A stretch of DNA of 64,000 nucleotides from Catajapyx aquilonaris (Eukaryota), in NCBI GenBank assembly GCA_000934665.2, contig JYFJ02001217.1:1-64000 (forward strand), in the 5' to 3' direction. Both the position numbers and the translations under genes were made by a program. Position 1 is the stretch's first letter. The number at the start of each line of letters is the position of its first letter. The notes below the pieces were generated by a model, which saw only the letters and a list, made by a program, of their open reading frames with translations, had not been told where the DNA came from and made no database searches. Below are positions 1 through 11,190 of this stretch, piece by piece.

Positions 1-370
1 TAGTAGCCCTCGAAAATCCACACAGAATGGACATGAAATCACATTAATGCTGCGCCTGTCCATTAGTCTGCATCAAGTGCCGTCCTCTGCAGAAAAAGGG
101 CCTGGAAAAGAAGTCAGAGATATTATGTTGGCATATTAATGAGAAATGGTACCCCACCCTTTTCCCTGAGCACTACAGTACTTTTGGGGCCACAGAAAAA
201 TAATTCATAATATACAGGCTTGGCTTTTTATATTTACAACAAAATAAAAAAGTGCATGGCTCATGCATGTCTGAAACTTTTAGACTTGCTGCACCACATT
301 TAATGCTATAAATTAATCACTAAAATATAACATTTTCTATTTAGATATCAGTAAGATGAGGCAACTCTGA

Positions 371-577
371 CTGTGGTTTTCTGTGGTTTCCCACCGTCCC
401 CCCAGGTGAATACCGGAGTTGTTTCCTAGTTAATAGGCCACAGCCGCTTCCTTGCATCCCTATCCTATCCCAAAAAGCGAAATAAAAATGCAAGCAAGAG
501 TTCCAGTCAAAACAAATCTCCCCCCTAAAAAGCCGCCGGCTTCTAACGGGGTATGAATTATTATTATTATTATTATA
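371..577 (+). mobile_element. SINE-like body with an (ATT)n tail
   Basis: ggttttctgtggtttccc...caggtgaataccggagttgtttcc...aataggccacagccgcttcctt resembles, from memory, a widespread arthropod SINE body; ATT repeats at ~557-577. Confidence 0.45.
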
Positions 578-1158
578 TCAGTAAGATGTGCTATAATAAT
601 AAATTTACACTGTCAGATGTCAAAACTGTCTAATTCATTTTAATACTGTCTCCATGTTTGTTCATCACGTCCGATGCAACATTAAAATTAATGTCCTGCT
701 AAATAAATACCGTATTACTCACTTAAAGCGGCATGCTGGTAGTTTCCATAATAATTATGGAAACTATTTTGATCCAGTTGTCAAATATTTTGGAAAGCTT
801 CTGGTATTGTACTATAATAATGTTACGGTGAAAAATGGACAAGTGTACAGGGCTGTAACATGTAAGAAGCACACTTGTAGGTACCTGAGTTAATAATAAT
901 AGCAGCAAGGAGATGACGAATTGGTATAGACCTGATCATGCAATTCTAAAACTGGTCAACCTTGACCTTGCTGGCTTGCCGCTTTGAATGAGGTAATATG
1001 GTAAATCTATGGTAGTGGATGTAATTTTTACATGCTCAGAAATTCACTGTCCTGTATTAAATTGCCTTTATCTCAGTTGTAAACTGTTACATTAACTATC
1101 CACCCTGGAACTCCTCCTCCACAACCCAACCTGCCACTCTGGGATGTCTCCATATTAA

Positions 1159-1435
1159 CCCTGGAACTGTGATGTGCCTAAAAGTTACATTAACCATGCC
1201 ATGGGGTCCCTTTAGTCCCCATGCCATATTTTTATTTTTATATAACACTTTTCAATGTGTACTGCCTGTATCCAATCAATCTTTGAACAATGCCTAAAAT
1301 TATCCATAATTCAAAATAAACATGCACTTCCTGTAATATACTTTTTTATAAATGGCAAGAGTGCATTGTAATTTTCATTTTAATGCATTTTAATTCCTTG
1401 GGGGTCCTAAAAGACCCCACGTCACTGTTCCTGGT
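1159..1435. mobile_element. Small TTAA-flanked MITE (piggyBac-like)
   Basis: TTAA at 1155-1158 and 1436-1439; imperfect TIR ccctggaactgtgatgtg / cacgtcactgttcctggt; subterminal ggggtcc...cccc motifs at both ends. Confidence 0.6.
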
Positions 1436-2252
1436 TTAACCTTTCACTTACTTTTCAACCAATATATTCACCAATAACAAGAAATGAACGACCTCATATG
1501 GAATGCATCAAGTCACAAGTTTCAGCAAGCCATGTGCCGTGACTATATCAACATGGAGAGCATGGAGCTGTTATAACTCACAGTTAGCACGCTTAGCAGT
1601 GCCTAGGGGTAGACATATATATTATAGTCAGCATGCTCTTCCACACACACTCACTAGCTACAAAGAGTACAAACCTTGCTTTGCACGCTCGGCAGTGCGG
1701 GATGATCCCTCCTCAACAATTAGGGGCCGGGAGGAGATGCTCACCGGTACTGGCACTCGTTTCCAACCAGTACAGTCCTCCAGCCACACCGATGAACCGA
1801 CACGACGCCTCACGCCCACGATATATGCAGATACACGTTGCTCACGCCACTGAAACCGGCATAAGACATTCCAGAGATCCAGACATTCGGTCCCTGGCAC
1901 GGGTACGGCCTAGTGTTGGGCCCAAAAAAGCAAAGCAGCTTTCTAATAGCTGCTTTAGAAAAAAAGCAGTACATCCACTGCTTTGAGTGTGAGGAAAAGC
2001 TGCTTTTGGAGACAAACTGCTTTTTTGTTTTTTCTGCCTCTGCGAGTCTGCGCGGGCATATCAGGAAGACTTCCCCTTACAGAACACTTTATATAGGTTC
2101 AGTTATAATATCCAAACTCATAAAACTATATCACATAAGTTACAAAACATCAAATAATTTGCGGCCTAGATGTGGAGAATATACTGTTTATAAGAGCTGT
2201 CCAGTGCCAGTTATTACGGAGGTGTTCCTGACGTATCGTCGTGGAGCACTAC

Positions 2253-2435
<183 letters not shown>

Positions 2436-2751
2436 CACCGCCATATTACATGGGTGTCGTGTGTATATGACACACTTTATTGTGTCTTTCGTGCTCGAGG
2501 GAAGATGACACACGAAATTTGTGTCACGAGCATGGCGCAAGTGTGTCCAGCATACAGAATTCTAGGTTGACATAGGCAAACGTGTCAAATGACACATTGC
2601 TTTAAATATGACACAGACGACCGTGTTGTCGGACACAGCATGGTGTGCCACTTCTCTGTGTGTGATAGTGACAGTTGTTTTTTTTTAGTTTTGAACACCT
2701 TTCGTCGCTGAATACAAAGGTAGGCTTCCTTATAGAGTTCTGTGCTTTTAT

Positions 2752-2840
2752 AAAACCAAACTTCTCTAACTCGAATCTTCTATAACTCGAAGTTTTTTTT
2801 CCGGTCCCACGGAGATTCGACTTATAGAAGTTTTACTGTA
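2752..2840. mobile_element. Tigger/pogo-like MITE fragment
   Basis: Repeated taactcgaa units and the terminus ttcgacttatagaagttttactgta, typical of CAGT-ended, TA-flanked elements. Confidence 0.45.
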
Positions 2841-2894
2841 AGTTTGGGTGTTTTCAGATTGACAGAGGCAAGCCGCAGATAAATATTGATTTAA

Positions 2895-3245
2895 TTCTCG
2901 CAAAGTACCACAATTTCAGCAAATTCGTCTGGAATGGTTCTCAGTGTAGATATTCAGTATATTTTAACGTATGATATTGCATAATTAAATCAGACTAACA
3001 GTTGGCCGGTGGCACTATAATTTCGTTTTTTTACGAATATATTTGTGAAAATCATTTCAGGGACTTCTATGCAAGTAAAATAGTCTCCAACACAATCATA
3101 GTGTAGACTAGAGCATAACAGTGTTAAGTGTGATACGTATAGCAGCACTATAGCTGTTATTGTTCGTAAAGGATATTGCCCTTTTCATCAGAGTACGTGT
3201 AAGCAAAAATCTAAGCGATGGCGGTATAACTGGTAACGAAGGGGT
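2895..3245. mobile_element. Diverged partial relative (one arm) of the 48551-49265 piggyBac-like element
   Basis: atttcagcaaattcgtctggaatggttctca...taattaaatcagactaacagttgg resembles ~48966-49053, and the copy ends in gaagggg-t-ttaa like 49259-49269. Boundaries are approximate. Confidence 0.6.
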
Positions 3246-4823
3246 TTAAAAAAAGAACTGAAATAAGAGCAAAAACATTCCCTTCGGTGAAAAAAGGGTA
3301 GTAAGACCTCCGTGGCGGAATGAAAGTACTGACACCAGGCAGGCGCACGTAAGACCTTCACCAATTGATTTAAGCTGTACCACAGGTCTTATACTCAAGC
3401 AATTCTGAAGTCCTGTATATGGAACGGCTCGTAAAAATTACTGCTGCAAACTACTCATCTGGAGTATAGTAGGCAGGGTTTTATTATGAAAAAAGAACTG
3501 AACCCATCCTCACAGACTTGGAAATTATCGTCCTGAAAATGTAGAACCCAATCGAAAAAGACCTATACTTCTAAAATTCACCAATACACCTTTTCGGCAT
3601 CTAAAAGAGCGCAGGTGACGATTCTGCATAAATGTTTCATTTGCAATAAATTCGCACAAATGGTATAGAAATTCAATATCTTTAATATTGAAGTTCCTCA
3701 TTTCACTCAGAAAGCACTGGAGTGGCTCATGGAAAATTAATATTTTCAGAAAGGAGACTTTACGAGCAGTTAATTGGGAAGTGCTTGAGTAAGACCTATG
3801 GTAAGCTTAAATCAATTGGTGAAGGTATTACGTGCGCCGGCCTTGTATCAGTACACTTTCATTTCTCCACGGAGGTCTTACTACAATTTTTTTCACTGAA
3901 GGGAATGTTTTTGCTCTTATAATGCCTTACATGTCAATACCCATCATGGCCTATTATTTCTTTTTCGATACAGTGTCAGGCAATTATAGGTCCACTTGTT
4001 TGTAAAAGTGTCGATGTGAATTGGAGTTTTCATCAAAATGCACAAAATCCTCAAAATTCATGTCCAATAATGAACCGGTTTTATTTAGTTGACTGCTTGG
4101 CTGCACCGCAGCAGATTATACTTATATCTGCAAATTATATATTGCAAATTTGCAAGTAAATTATGCAGTATACAATCGAGTTGGTATAGTCCATCTAAAA
4201 CTTGCCTCTTCCGAACATGATGCTGCACTTACCTTTCCCATCAAGTCCTTTCGCGCATGCTCATAATGTTATACGGCGTCATAAATAGGACCCTTCGTCG
4301 ATGTACCGTAGGTGTGCTAATGGTACCGCACGTTCTCATGAAAGATATGATCCACAATCGGATGCGATATTAAAACGACTAATTCTGCTGTATATATATA
4401 CGCACGTAAAAATTTTTTGTGTATGAAACGAATGAAATTATGTGAAAGAAGCAACATGCACGAAGATTATAAGCTATAAGTTACTGCACGTATCATATAT
4501 CGCATCCGTGAGAACGAGCTTTACAGTTTACACTTGACCTGTCTTACCAACCAATACCAAGTACCAACCAATTTCATGAACCAATCCAAGAATATGGCTT
4601 ATCGTTAACTGCTGCATGTATAAGTTATCTGCAAACATAAGGGCCGGTTTTATGAAAGCAAATTAAGGTAAATCTCCGATTATGCACATAGAAATTCACC
4701 AGCAGCAGGCACAGTTGAAAAGAATCGGAGATTTCCTCCTCAATTTGACTGTGTTGATACAACTGGACCTATATAATAAAACGCATGCAAATGAAAGGTT
4801 GGCTTTCTTTCTAATATTTGTCA

Positions 4824-4829
4824 TTTATT
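4824..4829 (-). promoter_or_regulatory. Candidate distal polyadenylation signal (AATAAA) of the Psc-like gene
   Basis: tttatt on + at 4824-4829, with U/GU-rich sequence downstream on the minus strand. A second AATAAA lies at 5957-5962. No transcript evidence. Confidence 0.4.
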
Positions 4830-5486
4830 TACATAATGAGCCTATACAAGCCAGCACATACAACCAAGTCACAATACGGAGCCTATCTGCTGTAAACATT
4901 ATTATACCTACATCAGCCTTACTACAGTCCTCACTCTTACCACGTTTGAAAAGCATTTCCAGCAGCTTGAAACCTCACCTATTTGATAAATGGTACAGAA
5001 ATACTTTCCATAACGGTGATATAACCAAGAACTACAGTTTACAATGATATATTCACATAAACAATAAACAAAACGCAAGATACAGTACATCGAGCCTATA
5101 TCAACACCTGGAAACAGCAATACAACTTCTACACATAATAATATAACGAATAGTTTTTTTTGCATGTTTTTGTTTTGTTTGTCAGCCATTTTGCACTATT
5201 ATCACGTCATATAGAAACAACTTGAGAAAGTACTCTACTTAGGGTCTCCTGGTGGACTTTTTCAGTGATGAGAATAAATTACACGTTACGTGAGTGAATA
5301 TATGAAGAGATATGGGGATTATATTTTTATGTATATTTATAGAGGGAGTGCAAAGTGCTTTACAGGAAGTGTTTTTTAAATGTTTAACACCGATCGAGCC
5401 TCCATCACGTTGCATCACACCGACTTTGTACTTGTTAATATAATACAGTCTATGTTAAGCAGAAACAAAGGCTTATTACATGATTT

Positions 5487-5489
<3 letters not shown>

Positions 5490-5558
<69 letters not shown>

Positions 5559-5580
5559 ACTCACTCACTCACTCACTCAC
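5490..5580. repeat. Compound (CT)n-(CACT)n microsatellite
   Basis: Seen directly. Confidence 0.97.
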
Positions 5581-8412
5581 ACTTATAAAGACATGCCAAT
5601 TCTACAAACCTATATCGTCAAATACGCAATACCGACTGAAACATCCAGCACGTCTCTCGTCCGGACCAGCTCATTAATCGATACTTTGTTCCTTCGGAAT
5701 GACGTTTCCCCACAGAACTGATATGAAAGCGCAAGAGCAATCAGATTCTACGGTTACGACTCTTTTCACACACAATTTGCGTCAGGGCAATGTTTTTTTT
5801 TCCGTGGGCGTCAATACAATCGACTTGCGTCATCGATGGTTTTTTTTTTTCTGCGCAAGTTAAATGCAACTTCGGCGAGTGCAGGATTTCACACGGGAAA
5901 CTGACCGTCAACACTATCGCATATAATACATCCTTCTCCCACCATATCATTCATTTTTTATTGGAGATACCCGAGTGTATCAGGAAGTCAGATTATAACT
6001 ACTCCATACACGGAACTATGCGTGTCAATTCGCGGATTACGCGCGCTCTCATATAGATGTACGTAATGCATTTGCTTCGTTTTTAAGTGGAAGGCACTTG
6101 ATATCCATTCGTCATGTATTTCACGGGCATCCGCGACAATATATTAGCACACACTTTCTATATTTATCATTTCAGTCGTATCAGATCAAATTAACGAGAA
6201 AATCCGCGGTTACGTCTCATCACTATACTTGTACAATAGATATTCTCCCTAATTTGCGTTGATACACTTGATTCACGGAAGTTGCAGAAATGCCGTATAC
6301 CTCCTTCTTGCAGGCCACTTGAGTAATGACCGTACATTTTCTGGGCAATAAATTAGCCTTTACGTATTCTTTTAAGACCAGGTGTGTGTGTAAATTGACC
6401 ATAACTATTCACAGGCGGTCGTGGAATCGTGAGGTCATCTTCAGCAAATGCATTTGCATTCAAAGGCAGTTTGATGACACTGCTGCGAAGTCGGATGGGG
6501 AAACTGGCTTTGCACGTTTCGCCGTGCTGGGCCGGATAATTCATCGTGTGGAACGAAGCGCAAATTTACAAAACACCTCAACGTCAGTTGCACGCTGCGA
6601 GGAAAAAAACGAGTCAAGTGAAGGTGCACGCACTATAAACAAAAAGGGGGCATGAAGCCGTGCACGTCACGGATTCAATCGCTGTCAAACAGCCAGACGC
6701 AATTAGCCGTTCATTATAACCCCCGTAATTTGTCGCTTTCCGTCGTTATATGCTATGCACAACACCCTGCTGCTGATTAAGTACCGGCTATAGTCAACTG
6801 CATTTCGCAGATTGGTGAAAAGGAGGCGACCGTTTGTTCCTCTCGCGACATTTGCAAAAATGCGTGTACTTGATTCTAAAGGGGCATCCATCCTGCGGCG
6901 AAACCAGCAAGAACCGGTGGAAAATTCAGGGTCGCAGCAAAGTATATAGTCAACCAATTAGCATGCAGTTGTGTCATTGCTGGCTTTGTGGGCGAGGCCT
7001 TACTGCCACTGCTGACGGGGTGTGAAGGCAAACAAAAAAACAAAAACAAAACAAAACACGAGGTATGTATACGGTATATAAAATGTCACGCGAACGGGTC
7101 TGCTGTTCGGGCAATGCCGAATGATCTTTCGGATTTGAGAGTGAAAATGACGCACGGAGTAATCAGTCCCTCTATCTTTTTGGCAACTTCACATCCCCGA
7201 TTCTGTGATTTACGACGAGGCAGTAAGACCTCTGTACATGTGCCGACATAATACACCAGTTGACTGGCGTCTCATTTGTTACGGGCAAGTGTCCTCGTGT
7301 TTCCTGACATTTTCCACTTGCTGTTTTGGGAAAAGTGTAATCGCATGACACCCCCGAATAACCCCAAAGCTTTGTGCGTCTGTTCTACGACTTTTCTCGT
7401 ACACAAAATCCGCCAATAAACCGCAAGTAAAACACCTGATTGTTGAATTATACTCAAGTATATATGGTGAGGTATAGGGTATTGACTCGTGACAACAAAG
7501 GATTATTCAGTAACTGAAAAATCATTTGGAATCAGTATTCTAACGAATACAGCCTATAGTACGGTATATGCTATACATTCCTGCAACTTCCAGACAACTC
7601 GGTTATATCACAAGAGATATTGACTGCTTCCCCCGTAAATATATGTCGTGCTTCAATTATTATAACGAATAAATGTCTCCTGATATATGGTTTCATGCTC
7701 CTCGGAGTTGATCGTCGTCAAAATTGTTATGCACCAGTCATACTCTCATACAGCTTTGAATCCTATGGAAAGTCTGTTACGTAAGTTACCCAGCTTGTTC
7801 CGACGCCGTTACTATTGTGCCTTCCGTAAAAACGATCAACGGATCTAAACAATACTTGAACCGCATGCATATGCGGGGATTCTCATGAGTCTCTTTTTAT
7901 ATAAGTTACATGTCGCGCGGACGGTCAGGTGAAAATCACGCGCTAAAATGCCAGCATTGCGTGTTGCTTATTCCTTAAACCCGCAAAACTGGCAAAATTA
8001 TTCTCGGATGCAAGTTTCATCATCCTCTTTGGCCTGCGCGTTCATTCGCCGATGTTTTGCAGTTAACTTGCGACAAGCCCACATCGCAACTATTCCACAT
8101 CAACGGTGTAGTACACCACAACAATCGGAGACTTCTGTATACAAGCATTTATACCAATCATTACCCAGTACTCGTTAAACAGGAAACAAAACGTGAATCC
8201 TGCCAATACACAACTGCATACAGCAGCGTGGACTCACCGCCTCCGGCAGATGCGGCCAGTTTACGAAATGTAAAGCAGCTGTTGTGTTGACGCCGCCGTC
8301 AATCCCACACTTCCGTGAAATGGTTGCGTAACAACTGATCTGATCACATCATACACGTCCCACACTCCTGCGTCTGGCGTCGCGGCGTAGCACACACTGC
8401 ACAGCAAAGAAT

Positions 8413-11190
8413 TCATTTGGCACCGGCTTCGGCTGCCCTGAGCGAGAGTCCAGCCGCAACTCTCTCGATGTTAATGTTCCTTGCCATGTTCTCCATCTTC
8501 TTGATGGAGGAGGTGTGCTGGTTGATGGTCGCCTTGCCGCTGGCCGACCCGGGGCTCAGCCCGCTGCCTCCCCCGCCTCCGGTCGAGTTAGTGTTTGTGG
8601 GGAAGGCAGGGGCCGACGGAGTGGTCGTGGCCGATGTGGTGGTGGTGTGGCTGCCCCTCTGCTGCTCCTTGTTGTTATTATCCATAGACGGGAAGGGCAG
8701 ACGATTATGCTGAGACCACTGCCGGAACAGGAGGGCGGGGTTGGGGATCTGGCGGATGTTCTGGTTTGGAATCGGGGTCATCCGCTGGTGGTGGTGATGG
8801 TGGTGGTGAGACGACAGGGGGTGGTGCTGGTGGGAATGAAGGTGGTTCTGAGGCAGCCGCGACGCCGACGACACGGAGTTCAGGATGGACGTGAACGAAG
8901 TGGGCCGATGCTGCGGCTGCAGTTGCTGGTGGGAAGTGGTCACCGCGGTCAGCGTAGTCGCCCCCGAGATGGATGTCGGCTGCAGGAGGTTGTACAGCCG
9001 CGAGTTGAGGGAGTTGGCGTTCTTGTTGTGGTTGTTGTTGGTGTGCTGCATGCTGGAGATGGCGTTGCTGCGGGACTTGGGGATGACCGGGATGCGGAGC
9101 GGGGACGGGCTCCGGGAAGAGGTGCTGCTATTCTTTGGCGAGTTCACGGAGTTGCGGAGGGCTGGGGAGGCCAGCAGCGACAAGAGGGACTGGCTGGCGG
9201 GGGTGGGAGAGGAGACGGGCGTGGGCGGTGGCGGAGGCGGAGGGGGTACGGACGGGGTGTGCTTGGCGGCCAGGGCCATGTTCCGCACTTGCACCGCCGT
9301 GTCCGACAAAGTCATTAGGTTCCTCATCGCCGCGCTGTTGAAAGACAACGATGAAGAGGCGGCAGCTGAAGGTGGATGCGGTGATGTCGGCGACGGTCCC
9401 GGCGACGCCGATGACCTGCCGGTAGCACTGCTGATGGCCATCTGACGCTTCGCCAGGTTCTGGGCAATCGACAGAATTGTCTGAGAAGACTGCGGCCGGG
9501 TCGGTTTCACCTGCCGGTAGGACCGCAGCGCATTCGCGTCGTTGCTGTTGCCATTGTTGCCGGTGCTGCTGCTGCTGTTGGCGCCAGAACCGTTGCCAGC
9601 GGGCCGAAATGACTTGGATGGACCACTGCTCTTGTTGCTCCCGCTGCCCTCGCTGCTGCTCCCGCCCATTTTGCCGGAACTGCCGGTGCTAGTGTTCCGC
9701 CCCGTGTTTGAACCCGCTTTACCGTTGCGAGACACGGGGGTGGACCCCGCCGTGCGGTTGATCGGGAATGGGGACAACTGTCCCGGCATGTGGGTTGGGG
9801 TCTTCGGAGGTGTCGGCGGTGTCAGTGTGGTGGGAGATGCTGACTTGCTTGGTGCCGGCCGAGATGATTTTCCGGACAGATCCAACGCACCGATGTCGTC
9901 GTGCTTTGGCTCCTCCTCGTCCTCTTCCCCCGCCTTGCCATCCTGCCCTTTCGACGCAGGGGCCGGTGCAGGCTTGCTCTTGTCCTTATGGTCAGACTGG
10001 GCACTGTTGACCCCGCCGGCCTTGACCTGCGAGGCCTCTTTGGCTGCTTCACTCGGCCCTTGCTTGGCCTGATCTTTGGTATGCATCGAGTGTCCGTTGG
10101 CACTCACTCTCTTATTTACAACGTCACTGACGGAAATGCTGTTCTTAACAATGTCACTTACGCGGGATATCTTGTTCTTCGCGATGTCGACGACAGAAAA
10201 CTTGCTCTTCTTCACCTTGCTCGAATCGGAACACTTTTTCTTGTCCTTCTCCTCCTTCCTCTCCTTGTCCTTGTCGTGGTGATGCTTCTCTTTCTTCTCC
10301 TTATCGTGGGAGTGATGGTGATGATGATGCTTTTCCTTCTTCTCCGTGTGTAACGGAGCCCGTTCGGCGCCGGCACCTACCGCACTCGCATCACCCTTCT
10401 TGGGACTGTCCTCCTTCTTGTCCGCCGTAGCCGCCGGACAATTGGCCACAGCCACTTCATCGGACTTTCCACCACAGCCCTTATTATCCGCTACGTCCTT
10501 GTTCGTAACACTCTCCGCACACGCGTCATGTTTCGCGTCACACGCACTCTCACCGGCACCCGTGTTAGTGTCGCCGCATGAGCTTCTGACCGCGGAACTG
10601 CCACTGTCACCGACACAACCGTCCTCGTCTTTCCTCTTCTCCTCCGACTTGTCCAAAACAACGTCGCACTTGTGCTTCCCCGACTTGTCCCCCTCGTCAC
10701 CCTCCTTGGATACGCACTTTGACGAGCTTTTGTGCTTCTTCCTGGGAGGAGAATCGCCTTCCGACGCGCTCTTCTCCGAGTCCTTGCTCTTCTTCTTTTT
10801 CTTCTTCTTGTGGTGGGATCGGTGGGGTAATGACGATGGCGTCGACGCCTTCAGAGGATCCGGGGCGGCGTCGGCCGTGGTGGACATCGGCGGAGGAGTC
10901 GCGGCCGGCTGTGCCGCGGTTGCCGTCGTGGTGGTGCTGGAAGTGGCCGATGCAGTGGACGGTGCAGGGGCACTGCCGCCAGCGTCGGTGCTGCTGGCCG
11001 AGGAGGTCTGCGGCGGGGCTGCGGAAGAAGTGGTGGTGGCTTCCGAGTCCTCCGTGGCCGGTTTCTTGGGCGATGGCGGGCCCTGGTCGTCCGGAACCTC
11101 CTCCGACACCGGCACAGTTCCGGACGGGGCGGGTCTCTTTCGCGGCCGAGGAAGCTCGAAGATTCGGTAGTAGAAATTCATCGGGCCGTT
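8413..11190 (-). CDS. Psc: Coding exon 8: last RAWUL strand ([10 protein letters not shown]) plus a S/T/P/K/H-rich disordered C-terminal region of about 910 aa
   Basis: Acceptor tttcatttcttttattacag| at 11191; one GC-rich open frame of 925 codons to TGA at 8415-8413. Confidence 0.93.
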   Translation of the reverse strand, partial: NGPMNFYYRIFELPRPRKRPAPSGTVPVSEEVPDDQGPPSPKKPATEDSEATTTSSAAPPQTSSASSTDAGGSAPAPSTASATSSTTTTATAAQPAATPPPMSTTADAAPDPLKASTPSSLPHRSHHKKKKKKKSKDSEKSASEGDSPPRKKHKSSSKCVSKEGDEGDKSGKHKCDVVLDKSEEKRKDEDGCVGDSGSSAVRSSCGDTNTGAGESACDAKHDACAESVTNKDVADNKGCGGKSDEVAVANCPAATADKKEDSPKKGDASAVGAGAERAPLHTEKKEKHHHHHHSHDKEKKEKHHHDKDKERKEEKDKKKCSDSSKVKKSKFSVVDIAKNKISRVSDIVKNSISVSDVVNKRVSANGHSMHTKDQAKQGPSEAAKEASQVKAGGVNSAQSDHKDKSKPAPAPASKGQDGKAGEEDEEEPKHDDIGALDLSGKSSRPAPSKSASPTTLTPPTPPKTPTHMPGQLSPFPINRTAGSTPVSRNGKAGSNTGRNTSTGSSGKMGGSSSEGSGSNKSSGPSKSFRPAGNGSGANSSSSTGNNGNSNDANALRSYRQVKPTRPQSSQTILSIAQNLAKRQMAISSATGRSSASPGPSPTSPHPPSAAASSSLSFNSAAMRNLMTLSDTAVQVRNMALAAKHTPSVPPPPPPPPTPVSSPTPASQSLLSLLASPALRNSVNSPKNSSTSSRSPSPLRIPVIPKSRSNAISSMQHTNNNHNKNANSLNSRLYNLLQPTSISGATTLTAVTTSHQQLQPQHRPTSFTSILNSVSSASRLPQNHLHSHQHHPLSSHHHHHHHQRMTPIPNQNIRQIPNPALLFRQWSQHNRLPFPSMDNNNKEQQRGSHTTTTSATTTPSAPAFPTNTNSTGGGGGSGLSPGSASGKATINQHTSSIKKMENMARNINIERVAAGLSLRAAEAGAK

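Noticed and set aside
8344..8415. Stop-codon readthrough after TGA
   Set aside because: The context is TGA-A rather than the leaky TGA-C, and only about 22 codons follow before the next stop.
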